Below are positions 8,773 to 16,933 of a stretch of 49,943 nucleotides of DNA, piece after piece. Position 1 is the stretch's first letter, and every line of letters begins with the position of its first letter. The position numbers and the translations under genes are program-made. The DNA is from a virus (lineage: Duplodnaviria; Caudoviricetes), in IMG/VR virus record IMGVR_UViG_3300049828_000264, positions 1 to 49,943 of that record; one strand, written 5' to 3'. The notes under the pieces were generated by a model, which saw only the letters and a list, made by a program, of their open reading frames with translations, was not told where the DNA came from and did not search any database.

Positions 8773-9351
8773 ATGGCAAACGAGAAACCCGCATCAACGG
8801 TCTATATGCTCACCGGCGCACGCCTGGCATTCCCGAACCTGTGGACGCCACGCCCGGGGATCGACGGCGGCAAGGCCAAGTACGGCGCGCTGCTGATCCT
8901 CGACCCGGCGAATCCCGCCATCAAAACCCTGGAGGCGGCGTTCGTGAAGATCGCCAAGGCCAAGTGGGGCGACAAGGCGGACGTGGTGCTCAAGGGCCTG
9001 CGCGTGCAGGACCGGCTGGCGCTGCACGATGGCTCCACGAAGGCGCAGTACAGCGGCTTCGAGGGCAATATGTTCGTGAGCGCGAACAGCGACCTCCGCC
9101 CCAGCGTGTTCAATCGTGACCGCACGCCGTTGCAGCCTGAGGACGGCAAGCCGTACTCAGGGTGCTACGTCAATGCGTCGATCGAGCTGTGGGCGCAGGA
9201 TCACCCGAAGCACGGCAAGCGCATCAACGCGCAGCTCCGGGGCGTGCAGTTCGACCGTGACGGCGATGCCTTCGCCGCGGGCACGGCGGCGTCGGAAGAT
9301 GAGTTCGCCGACCTGAGTAATCAGGGCGACGACTCGGACCCCACGGCGTAA
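8773..9351 (+). CDS. DUF2815-like (T7 gp2.5-like) single-stranded DNA-binding protein
   Basis: RLAFPNL, YSGCYVNASI, LRGVQF.RDGDAF, acidic C-terminal tail. Confidence 0.9.
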   Translation: MANEKPASTVYMLTGARLAFPNLWTPRPGIDGGKAKYGALLILDPANPAIKTLEAAFVKIAKAKWGDKADVVLKGLRVQDRLALHDGSTKAQYSGFEGNMFVSANSDLRPSVFNRDRTPLQPEDGKPYSGCYVNASIELWAQDHPKHGKRINAQLRGVQFDRDGDAFAAGTAASEDEFADLSNQGDDSDPTA

Positions 9352-9358
9352 GTTGGAA

Positions 9359-9431
9359 TCCCCGGGCTGTAGGCGAGACTCGTTAAGCGGTCATCGCACG
9401 CGCGCAACGTGAACTTAGCGCAGCCCGGGGA
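9359..9431 (+). other. Intergenic structured element (nested stem-loops)
   Basis: TCCCCGGGCTG 9359-9369 pairs with CAGCCCGGGGA 9421-9431; inner GTTAAG/CTTAGC and CACG/CGTG helices. Confidence 0.6.
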
Positions 9432-9440
9432 AACCTCACC

Positions 9441-9650
9441 ATGAAGAACTTTGAAGAACTCGTAGCACGTGCTCGCATGATCCGCGATGACACGGGGCTG
9501 CACATCAAGGATGCGCTGCGCGTAGCTCAGATAGAGGATGTGCAGACCGACATAGATTTCGCCGAAACGATGGCGAACCATCAAGGTTGCACTTACACCA
9601 CAGCTGACGTACTAAGCCTGTTGCTGCGCGTGTCGAAGCTGCTGCGATGA
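9441..9650 (+). CDS. Hypothetical protein (69 aa)
   Basis: ATGA overlap with polymerase. Confidence 0.65.
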   Translation: MKNFEELVARARMIRDDTGLHIKDALRVAQIEDVQTDIDFAETMANHQGCTYTTADVLSLLLRVSKLLR

Positions 9651-11695
9651 ACCTTTTTATCGACACCGAGACGTTCTCGCCGATCGCGCTCAGCCACGGG
9701 CTCGCCAAGTACGCGACGCAAGTGGAAGTGATGATCGTGACGTGGGCGGTCGACGACGGTCCTGTTCGCACGTGGGACGCGACGCGCGAGGATATGCCGC
9801 ATTTGCTGCGCCTTGAGGCCATGCAGTGCGACCGGGCCATCGCGCACAACGCGCAGTTCGACCGTACGGTTATTGGGCACGCGCTGCCCGACTTAGCGAG
9901 ACTGCTGCGCGGCAAGTGGTATTGCACGATGGCGGCGTGCCTGCGCCACGGGCTCCCCGGCGGTCTCGACAAGCTGAGCGCCGTGTTCAAGCTGGACGCC
10001 GGCACCGCGAAGAAAGCCGGCAAGGACTACATCAACCTGTTCTGTAAGCCGACCAAAAACGGCGGACGCAATACCCGCACCACGCACCCCGAGGAGTGGC
10101 GCGGCTTCCTCGCCTACGCTGGCGACGACATCAAGGCCATGCGCGAGGTGTACCGCAAGTGCCCCAAGTGGAACGATAGCGCGTTCGAGCTGGGGCTGTG
10201 GGAGCTGGACCAGATCATCAACGAACGCGGCATCGCCGTAGACCTGGAGTTCGCTGCCGCTGCAGTGCGCGCGACCACGGCCGAGCAGAAGCGCCTCGCC
10301 AAGCGCACGCAGGACATCACCAACGACACCGTGCTGCGCGCAACGCAGCGCGACCGGCTGCTGGCGTTCCTGTTCATGGAGTACGGCGTCGACCTCCCTG
10401 ACCTCAAGGCCGACACGATCGAGCGCCGGCTGGACGATCCGAACCTGCCGGAGTTCGCCAAGGAATTGCTGCGCCTGCGCCAGTCGGCCAGCAAGTCGTC
10501 GACCTCGAAGTACAAGCGCCTGCTGGAGATACAGGTCGCCGGGCGCATTTCCTTCTTGCTGCAATACTGCGGCGCGCTGCGCACCGGGCGCTGGGGCGGC
10601 CGGAACTTCCAGCCGCAGAACTTGAAGCGCCCCACCATCAGTTTCGACGACATCCTCACGGCCATTGCCGCAGTGGTGTCGGGCTGCGAGGACGTGCTGC
10701 TGGACGACATCATGGAAGCCATGTCGAGCGCGGTGCGCTCCGTGCTCTGCGCCGGCCCGAACCGCAAGCTGGTCATCAGCGACTTGGCCAACATCGAAGG
10801 GCGCAAGCTGGCGTGGATCGCCGGCGAGGACTGGAAGCTCCAGGCGTTCCGCGAGTACGACGCCGGCACCGGCCCCGACCTGTACAAGCTGGCCTATGCC
10901 CGGGCGTTCAACGTGTCCCCCGATGCCGTCGAGAAGTGGCAGCGCCAGATCGGCAAGGTGCTCGAGCTGGCAATGGGCTACGAGGGCGGGGTCGGGGCGT
11001 TCGTGGCGATGGCCGCGGCCTACGGCATCGACCTCGAGGAGCTGGCCGACCGGGTGCTGCCCACGCTGCCCGTGGGCGTGCGTATGGGCGCCGAGGGCAC
11101 CTTCCGGTGGGCCACCAAGCTGCGCCGCACCTACGGGCTCTCAGAGCGCGTGTACGTCGCCTGCGAGGCCCTCAAGCGCCTGTGGCGACTGGCGCACCCC
11201 GCCACCGTCGCGCTGTGGGAGGACGTCGAGAACGCCGCCCGCAGTGCGATCCTGACGCCGGGGCAGGAGTTCCACGCCGGCCGCCTGACGTTCGACCGCA
11301 AGGGGGCGTGGCTGCGGATGCGGCTGCCCTCCGGGCGCTACCTGCTGTACCCGAACCCCAAGGTCGAGGGCGAGGCGCAGCAGATCAATTTCGCCGCGTG
11401 GAACGTCTACACGAAAACGTGGCGCCATGAGCCCACCTACGGCGGCAAGCTGGTCGAGAACGCCTGCCAGGCGTCCGCCCGGGACGTCATGGCCTACGCC
11501 ATGCCGCACGCCGAGGCGGCGGGCTACCCGATCGTGCTCACCGTGCATGACGAGCTGGTGACTGAGCCGGTCGACCTACCCGAGAGGTCGGTCGACGAGC
11601 TGAGCGCTATTCTGGCCACTAACCCGCCTTGGGCGGTGGGCCTCCCGCTGGCCGCGGCCGGCTTCGAGACGCAGAGGTATCGCAAGGATGACTGA
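9647..11695 (+). CDS. Family A DNA polymerase with 3'-5' exonuclease
   Basis: ExoI DTET, ExoII AHNAQFDR, ExoIII YAGDD; TGRW; motif A DLANIEGR, B RQIGKVLELAMGY, C TVHDE. Confidence 0.95.
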   Translation: MNLFIDTETFSPIALSHGLAKYATQVEVMIVTWAVDDGPVRTWDATREDMPHLLRLEAMQCDRAIAHNAQFDRTVIGHALPDLARLLRGKWYCTMAACLRHGLPGGLDKLSAVFKLDAGTAKKAGKDYINLFCKPTKNGGRNTRTTHPEEWRGFLAYAGDDIKAMREVYRKCPKWNDSAFELGLWELDQIINERGIAVDLEFAAAAVRATTAEQKRLAKRTQDITNDTVLRATQRDRLLAFLFMEYGVDLPDLKADTIERRLDDPNLPEFAKELLRLRQSASKSSTSKYKRLLEIQVAGRISFLLQYCGALRTGRWGGRNFQPQNLKRPTISFDDILTAIAAVVSGCEDVLLDDIMEAMSSAVRSVLCAGPNRKLVISDLANIEGRKLAWIAGEDWKLQAFREYDAGTGPDLYKLAYARAFNVSPDAVEKWQRQIGKVLELAMGYEGGVGAFVAMAAAYGIDLEELADRVLPTLPVGVRMGAEGTFRWATKLRRTYGLSERVYVACEALKRLWRLAHPATVALWEDVENAARSAILTPGQEFHAGRLTFDRKGAWLRMRLPSGRYLLYPNPKVEGEAQQINFAAWNVYTKTWRHEPTYGGKLVENACQASARDVMAYAMPHAEAAGYPIVLTVHDELVTEPVDLPERSVDELSAILATNPPWAVGLPLAAAGFETQRYRKDD

Positions 11696-11999
11696 GCGCA
11701 AAGTGTACGAGTCCGACATCGAGGAGTATCTCGTCAAGCAGTGCGCCAAGCACGGAGCGGTTGCCGAGAAGTTTAAGTCTCCGCAGAAGTCGCACGTCCC
11801 CGACCGAATCGTGCTGTGGCCGGACCGCCCGCACGGTCTTGCTGCCGAAATCACGTTTGTCGAGTGCAAGCGCCCCGGCGAGAAGCCGACGAAGATGCAG
11901 GCACGCGACCACGAACGGCGCCGCGCCCTCGGTTTTCGAGTCGACGTCATAGACACCTACGATGGCGTCGATGGTTACATTCGCAACATGACCTACTGA
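11688..11999 (+). CDS. VRR-NUC family nuclease (resolvase-like)
   Basis: E..IE, VPDRI, FVECKRPG.KPT..Q. Confidence 0.9.
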   Translation: MTERKVYESDIEEYLVKQCAKHGAVAEKFKSPQKSHVPDRIVLWPDRPHGLAAEITFVECKRPGEKPTKMQARDHERRRALGFRVDVIDTYDGVDGYIRNMTY

Positions 12000-12009
12000 G
12001 GTACCAAAG

Positions 12010-12159
12010 ATGAAAGTTGATCCTGACAAGCTGGCCGAGGAACCCGTCGAGCGCAAGCGCCGCGACGAAGCCCCGAAGGCCCCGGAGAAATCGTGGAAAG
12101 AGCGCGACGGCTTCGTCAACGGTGCGCGAGTGCGCCGCAAGAATGGCCCAGCTAACTAA
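12010..12159 (+). CDS. Small charged protein (49 aa, MKVDPDKLAEEP...)
   Basis: GAGG RBS upstream; not in ORF track; good codon bias. Confidence 0.55.
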   Translation: MKVDPDKLAEEPVERKRRDEAPKAPEKSWKERDGFVNGARVRRKNGPAN

Positions 12160-12298
12160 CCCGCCGTTCACGCGCCAGCCCGGCGAGCCGCCCGTGTACC
12201 TGCGCGACCTCTCCCCCGAGGAGCTGGCGCAGTGGCAGCGGATGCGCGACTCGTACGAGAAGCTCAACAAGCCGGAGCCCCAGCCGTGCGCGTCCTAG
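12143..12298 (+). CDS. Small hypothetical protein (51 aa, MAQLTNPPF...)
   Basis: Fills gap in coupled gene chain. Confidence 0.55.
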   Translation: MAQLTNPPFTRQPGEPPVYLRDLSPEELAQWQRMRDSYEKLNKPEPQPCAS

Positions 12299-12882
12299 TT
12301 GCGTGCGAAAACAGTGGCCGGGTCCGGCAGGCGTTTCGGGACCGGGGGCACGATGCGTGGTCCTGCGACCTCGAGCCGGCCGAGGACGGCAGCGCGTTCC
12401 ACTTCCGCGGGGACGTGTTCGATCAGCTTTACCCGCGCCTCTTGGGCGGCTGGGACTTGGTAATCGCACATCCGCCATGCACTCGGTTAACAAATTCCGG
12501 CGTTAGGTGGCTGGCCGAGCGCAACCTGTGGGACGACATGAAATACGCCTGCAACTTCTTCAATCTGTTCAAGGGCTCCGCGCCGCGCGTGTGCATCGAG
12601 AACCCGATCCCGCACCGCTACGCCGCCGAGCGCATCGGCAAGTACACGCAGATCATCCAGCCTTGGCAGTTCTGGCACCTCGACGAGCCGGGCCTCGGTG
12701 AGCAGAAGTCGACGTGCCTGTGGCTGCACAACCTGCCGCCGCTGGCCCCGACGACGCCGAACGAGACCGGGCGCAGGCAATCGTGCTGGCTGATGAGCCC
12801 GGGGCCGAATCGCACGCGCGAGAGGTCGCGCACCTACCGCGGCATCGCCGACGCGATGGCCGAGCAATGGAGCAACGTATGA
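12286..12882 (+). CDS. Short phage DNA cytosine-C5 methyltransferase-like protein
   Basis: VLVACENSG, SCD, DLVIAHPPC (catalytic PC), IENP, K.TCLW; GGAG RBS before GTG. Confidence 0.8.
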   Translation: MRVLVACENSGRVRQAFRDRGHDAWSCDLEPAEDGSAFHFRGDVFDQLYPRLLGGWDLVIAHPPCTRLTNSGVRWLAERNLWDDMKYACNFFNLFKGSAPRVCIENPIPHRYAAERIGKYTQIIQPWQFWHLDEPGLGEQKSTCLWLHNLPPLAPTTPNETGRRQSCWLMSPGPNRTRERSRTYRGIADAMAEQWSNV

Positions 12883-13043
12883 CCACCATTTTCGAGCACA
12901 ACGCCAAGGCGCCGGAGAAGTTCACTCCGCGCAAGGCCGACATCATCGAGTGGCCCGGGATCATTGTCACCGAGCGCCCGATGACCGACGAGGAACGCAA
13001 GCTGTTCGAGCCGAACCCTAAGGACACGATCGAGTGGCCGTGA
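12879..13043 (+). CDS. Small hypothetical protein with duplicated D.IEWP motif (54 aa)
   Basis: ATGA and GTGA overlaps; GGAG RBS. Confidence 0.65.
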   Translation: MTTIFEHNAKAPEKFTPRKADIIEWPGIIVTERPMTDEERKLFEPNPKDTIEWP

Positions 13044-14410
13044 CCCGCAAGTTCAAGCCGCATGAGTACCAGGAAATCGCTATCGATTTCATGCTGGCCA
13101 ACAAGCGCTGTGCGCTGTTCGCCGGCATGGGCCTCGGCAAGACCGTAAGCTCGTTGACGGTCGCCGACTTGCTGCTGTCCACCGGCACCGACGATCCGTT
13201 CCTCGCTATCGGGCCCCTGCGCGTGGCGCGGGACACGTGGCCGGAGGAGACGCAGAAATGGGAGCACCTCAAGCACATGGAGGTCTCCCCGATCGTCGGC
13301 ACGCCGGCGCAACGGCGCTCGGCGCTGCACCGGCCGGCGCACCTCTACACGGTCAACTACGAACAGTTACCGTGGCTCGTCGAGACCTACGCCAAGCGCC
13401 CGTGGCCGTTCCGTAACGTGATTGCCGACGAGTCCACTCGACTCAAGAATTTCCGGCTGGGGCAGGGCGGTGAGCGCACCGCGGCGCTCGGCAAGGTCGC
13501 GCGGCAGACCGACCACTGGTACGAGCTGACGGGCACCCCAGCGCCCAACGGGCTCAAGGACCTGTGGGGCCAGTTCTGGTACCTCGACTTCGGGCAGCGC
13601 TTGGGGCGCACCTACACCGGGTTCATGGAACGCTGGTTCCGCAAGAGCTATGACGGTTACGGTGTGGTGCCCTACCCCAACGCCGAGCGCGAAATCTACG
13701 CCGCGATCGAGGACATCACGTTGTCGATCCGCCCCGAGGACTGGTTCGACCTGGAAAAGCCGATCGAGCGGCAAGTCCCGGTGCGCCTGCCGCCGCGAGC
13801 GATGGCGCAGTACAAGGAACTCGAGACCGAAATGTTCACCACGCTGGAGTGCGGCACCGAGGTCGAGGTGTTCAATTCCGCGGCGCTCACCAACAAGTGC
13901 CGGCAGATGGCCAACGGCGCGGCGTACTCTGAGCACCCCAAGTGGGTTGCCGTTCACGACGTCAAGATCGAGGCGCTGGAGAGCATCGTGCAGGAAGCCA
14001 ACGGCGCGTCGCTGCTGGTCGCCTACGAATTCATCAGCGACAAGGACCGCATCCTCAAGCACTTCAAGAACTCGGCCGACATATCGAAGCCCGAGGGGCT
14101 CAAGCGGTTCAAAGCCGGCGAGGTGCAGATCGGCGTGGCACACCCGCAGTCGATGGGCCACGGGATCGACGGGTTGCAGGACGTGTGCAACATGATGGTG
14201 TACTTCGGGATGGGCTGGAACCTCGAATACCATCAGCAAATTCTCGAGCGCATCGGCCCCGTGCGTCAGATGCAATCCGGCCACAAGCGCGCGGTGTGGG
14301 TGTGGACGATCGTTGCCGAGGGGACGATCGACGAGACGCTGATCGAGCGCCATGCCAGCAAGCGCGAGGTGCAGGACCTATTGCTGGAGGCGATGCGCCG
14401 TGCAGACTAG
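13040..14410 (+). CDS. SNF2-family (SF2) helicase
   Basis: HEYQ, MGLGKT, DEST, LTGTP.PN, GHGIDGLQ, Q..ERI. Confidence 0.92.
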   Translation: MTRKFKPHEYQEIAIDFMLANKRCALFAGMGLGKTVSSLTVADLLLSTGTDDPFLAIGPLRVARDTWPEETQKWEHLKHMEVSPIVGTPAQRRSALHRPAHLYTVNYEQLPWLVETYAKRPWPFRNVIADESTRLKNFRLGQGGERTAALGKVARQTDHWYELTGTPAPNGLKDLWGQFWYLDFGQRLGRTYTGFMERWFRKSYDGYGVVPYPNAEREIYAAIEDITLSIRPEDWFDLEKPIERQVPVRLPPRAMAQYKELETEMFTTLECGTEVEVFNSAALTNKCRQMANGAAYSEHPKWVAVHDVKIEALESIVQEANGASLLVAYEFISDKDRILKHFKNSADISKPEGLKRFKAGEVQIGVAHPQSMGHGIDGLQDVCNMMVYFGMGWNLEYHQQILERIGPVRQMQSGHKRAVWVWTIVAEGTIDETLIERHASKREVQDLLLEAMRRAD

Positions 14411-14627
14411 ACTCGGTTCCTGGCTCGAGGCGTGGGCCGGCATCGTTGTCGGCTTCGGCTTGAATTGGCTTATTAACATATTTATCTTGCCGTTCTACGG
14501 CGTCCATATGAGCGGAGGGCAGGCGTTCAACATCGGCATCATGTTTACCGTCGTGTCGCTCTGCCGGAGCTACGTGCTCCGCCGCATCTTCAACCGTATC
14601 AGGAGACTCCATCATGCTCCCCACTGA
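14400..14627 (+). CDS. Small two-TM phage membrane protein (QT.LGS.LEA...RSY.LRR.FN type)
   Basis: GGAGG RBS before GTG; two hydrophobic segments. Confidence 0.8.
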   Translation: MQTRLGSWLEAWAGIVVGFGLNWLINIFILPFYGVHMSGGQAFNIGIMFTVVSLCRSYVLRRIFNRIRRLHHAPH

Positions 14628-14961
14628 CGCGCAACAGCGCAAGGCTGTGCCTATATTCTCCGGCGTGCTGGCCTACTTCCCCGACGCCATCGCGGCCGTC
14701 GCGGAGCTGTCCAAAATCGGCAACGATCAGCACAACCCGGGCGAGCCGCTCCATTGGGCGCGCGCCAAGTCCGGCGACGAGCTGGACGCGCTGACGCGGC
14801 ACCTCATGGACGCCGGCACGGTTGACAGCGACGGCGTGCGGCACAGCACTAAGCTCGCTTGGCGGGCGCTGGCGAACCTGCAAAAAGAGCTGGAGCAGGC
14901 GTTCGGGCTGCCGGTGAGCCGCGGGTCAAGAGCCGCTGACAGCGCAGAAGGTGGTGCGTGA
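14614..14961 (+). CDS. dATP/dGTP diphosphohydrolase-like protein (DUF5664-like)
   Basis: AGGAG RBS; FPDAIAAVAELSKIGN..H...W...DALTRHL...D.DGVRH...AWRALA. Confidence 0.75.
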   Translation: MLPTDAQQRKAVPIFSGVLAYFPDAIAAVAELSKIGNDQHNPGEPLHWARAKSGDELDALTRHLMDAGTVDSDGVRHSTKLAWRALANLQKELEQAFGLPVSRGSRAADSAEGGA

Positions 14962-15170
14962 TGGCATACGTCTACAGCAGCGGCGTGACCGAGACTGTCA
15001 TCACCATAGCCGCCAAGACCGCAGACGGTCGCAGCCTGCATGAGACCCACGTATTCAACCGGGACCGCGACGGGCAGGAACTGACGAACCAGATCACCGA
15101 CACGGTGCTGAGTGCGCTGCACCTAGCCGGGACCGCGAGAGCCACTTCAACCGTGACAGGTGCGCCGTGA
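14958..15170 (+). CDS. Hypothetical protein (70 aa)
   Basis: GTGA overlaps at both ends. Confidence 0.6.
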   Translation: MMAYVYSSGVTETVITIAAKTADGRSLHETHVFNRDRDGQELTNQITDTVLSALHLAGTARATSTVTGAP

Positions 15171-15289
15171 TTAAGCCCCACCGCCCGCCTAGCCGCATGG
15201 AGTTCGAGTTCGTGTTATGGGGGTCGCTGGCCGTTGGTGCTGGCCTGATCGGCTGCATAATCGCAATGGCGTGGATGGTGACGGCATGA
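15167..15289 (+). CDS. Tiny single-TM protein (40 aa)
   Basis: GTGA and ATGA overlaps; FVLWGSLAVGAGLIGCIIAMAWMV. Confidence 0.6.
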   Translation: MIKPHRPPSRMEFEFVLWGSLAVGAGLIGCIIAMAWMVTA

Positions 15290-15483
15290 CTGAAGAAGAA
15301 CGCTTCGAGCAGTGGTTCCAGCAGGAACGCCGCAGGACTTGGGAAGCCAGTCGCGTGCATGGCGATCCCGAGGAACCGCGAGCGGCATGGGCGATGGGTC
15401 TGCGCTGCCTGTACCGGGACGGTTGGATGGCGAGAGCCACTTCACCACAGGTAGCAACTACTCATCCCGAGGTGAAGCCGTGA
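15286..15483 (+). CDS. Hypothetical protein (65 aa, MTEEERFEQWF...GWMARA)
   Basis: Overlaps on both ends; common phage FE.W...W.AR pattern. Confidence 0.7.
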   Translation: MTEEERFEQWFQQERRRTWEASRVHGDPEEPRAAWAMGLRCLYRDGWMARATSPQVATTHPEVKP

Positions 15484-15572
15484 CCCCCGCGCAGTGGTTC
15501 ACGGTGTTCGCGTACCTCGCCGCTGGCGTGACGGTTTGGATTGTGCTGAGTGATTACGGGAGGGAGAAATGA
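15480..15572 (+). CDS. Tiny single-TM protein (30 aa)
   Basis: GAGGTG RBS; GTGA and ATGA overlaps; WFTVFAYLAAGVTVWIVL. Confidence 0.6.
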   Translation: MTPAQWFTVFAYLAAGVTVWIVLSDYGREK

Positions 15573-15655
15573 TGAGCCGTGCATACCTATATTTTATGGT
15601 CGGCATGGGACTTGGCGGCTTGCTTGTGATCGTGCTAGCGCAGGTCATGCTATGA
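15569..15655 (+). CDS. Tiny single-TM protein (28 aa)
   Basis: GGAGG RBS; ATGA overlap; YLYFMVGMGLGGLLVIVLAQVML. Confidence 0.55.
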   Translation: MMSRAYLYFMVGMGLGGLLVIVLAQVML

Positions 15656-15681
15656 GCCGCACTCACAAAGGAGACTGAAAA

Positions 15682-16065
15682 ATGATGGGCGTATGCGGCT
15701 GTGTTTGTCCGCCGACTAGACCCGGCGACCGTTGCTCCGCGTGTGGTTATACCGTGCCTTATGCCTACCACGGCTACGTCGTGCCCACAGGGACGCTTTG
15801 CTGGAGAGGGCACCCGACCTCAAGGGGTTCGAGGCTGCGACCCGCTGACAGCGCACCGGCTGTGCGTTGCTTCACTTGCGAGAACGCGGCGCCGCGCACA
15901 CCGGGGCTTGTCTGCGTCGAGTGCAACAGAGTCATTGGCAGCGCATCAGATTGCGCCCATGAAAACTATGTGCTGAACGGCATCAAGCCCGGATGGGCGT
16001 GCCAGAAGTGCGGCGAGCCGCTGGCAACAGGTTCAACCGTGGCAGAGGTGCAGAATGAAAAGTAG
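15682..16065 (+). CDS. Cys-rich multi-CxxC protein (127 aa)
   Basis: AAGGAG RBS; CSAC, CFTC, CVEC, CQKC pairs. Confidence 0.65.
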   Translation: MMGVCGCVCPPTRPGDRCSACGYTVPYAYHGYVVPTGTLCWRGHPTSRGSRLRPADSAPAVRCFTCENAAPRTPGLVCVECNRVIGSASDCAHENYVLNGIKPGWACQKCGEPLATGSTVAEVQNEK

Positions 16066-16438
16066 CCCGTCCACGTGCGCCTGCGGACGGCGGTCGAAAG
16101 CGACAACTCTCAGGAGGTGGGGCAGTTGCAGTACGTGTCGCAACCCAAGCATGGCGCCTTTGCCAGACCACATTTTAGCCGGGGCGGCACGGGAAGCGGC
16201 GCTCTCTCGCTTTGCTGCGTGGATGGAGCAAAACCCCGATCCCGCTGCGCGAAGCGGCGGCCGTTGGAGTAACATTGAATTCGATTCACGCTGGGAGAAG
16301 TACCTTGGACACCCCCCTAAAACTTGGGTTCATGCTGATGTTACTGACGAGCAGCGTAGCGAGCGCCGTCGACGTAACGCTGCCAACGCCGCCAGCGGGC
16401 GGAAGAAACGAAGTTCGATGCGAACGCCTAACGTCTGA
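16055..16438 (+). CDS. Basic hypothetical protein with N-terminal Cys motif
   Basis: GAGGTG RBS; CAC...CSTC; long overlap with next ORF lowers confidence. Confidence 0.5.
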   Translation: MKSSPSTCACGRRSKATTLRRWGSCSTCRNPSMAPLPDHILAGAAREAALSRFAAWMEQNPDPAARSGGRWSNIEFDSRWEKYLGHPPKTWVHADVTDEQRSERRRRNAANAASGRKKRSSMRTPNV

Positions 16439-16748
16439 GCTGCTGGAGCCGATCCCGGGCGCGGTGTGGAACGGAATGCCGACGTATCGCGCGGTGAAAG
16501 GCGGAGACGTAATTCATACGTGTCCAACTGAGGTAGGGGAGCACATTCAGATCCCGCGCGAACACTTCCGCAACTACCAGTTGACACTGCGCTGGACCGT
16601 GCGTGACGCATCGGGCTACGTCGTCAGCACGCAACTGCTGCAGCCATACTACCTGTGGGGCGGAGTGCCAACGGTCGGAGACCCGAGACCCGAAGCCCCT
16701 GTGCTCAGATTGCTCGCGCAAATCCGCCGCGCCCTGTGGGGCGCGTAA
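16305..16748 (+). CDS. Putative secreted/periplasmic protein
   Basis: GGGAG before TTG 16305 (alternative ATG 16332); K + LGFMLMLLTSSV + ASA signal-peptide-like site. Confidence 0.55.
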   Translation: MDTPLKLGFMLMLLTSSVASAVDVTLPTPPAGGRNEVRCERLTSELLEPIPGAVWNGMPTYRAVKGGDVIHTCPTEVGEHIQIPREHFRNYQLTLRWTVRDASGYVVSTQLLQPYYLWGGVPTVGDPRPEAPVLRLLAQIRRALWGA

Positions 16749-16852
16749 CGAACTGACCGCCCACTCACGAACCGACGATGTTGCATGGCCCGCACGGTGT
16801 TCGCGTCGAGCACTAGCGCGGTCGAAGTCATGGGAACTCGAAGGAGCGCGGG

Positions 16853-16924
16853 GTCGAGTAGGCCGCAAGACAGGGCTTTTTGGGTAACCCCCACGGAGGC
16901 TTTACCCTGTCCGACCTACTCGAC
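16853..16924. terminator. Long imperfect inverted repeat at the convergence of both transcription arms
   Basis: GTCGAGTAGGCCG 16853-16865 / CGACCTACTCGAC 16912-16924 and GACAGGG 16869-16875 / CCCTGTC 16905-16911; no clear U-tract, so function uncertain. Confidence 0.5.
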
Positions 16925-16933
16925 GGGGCGGGC

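Noticed and set aside
14614-14961. Z-base (2-aminoadenine) genome
   Set aside because: No PurZ-like gene recognised in a near-complete genome
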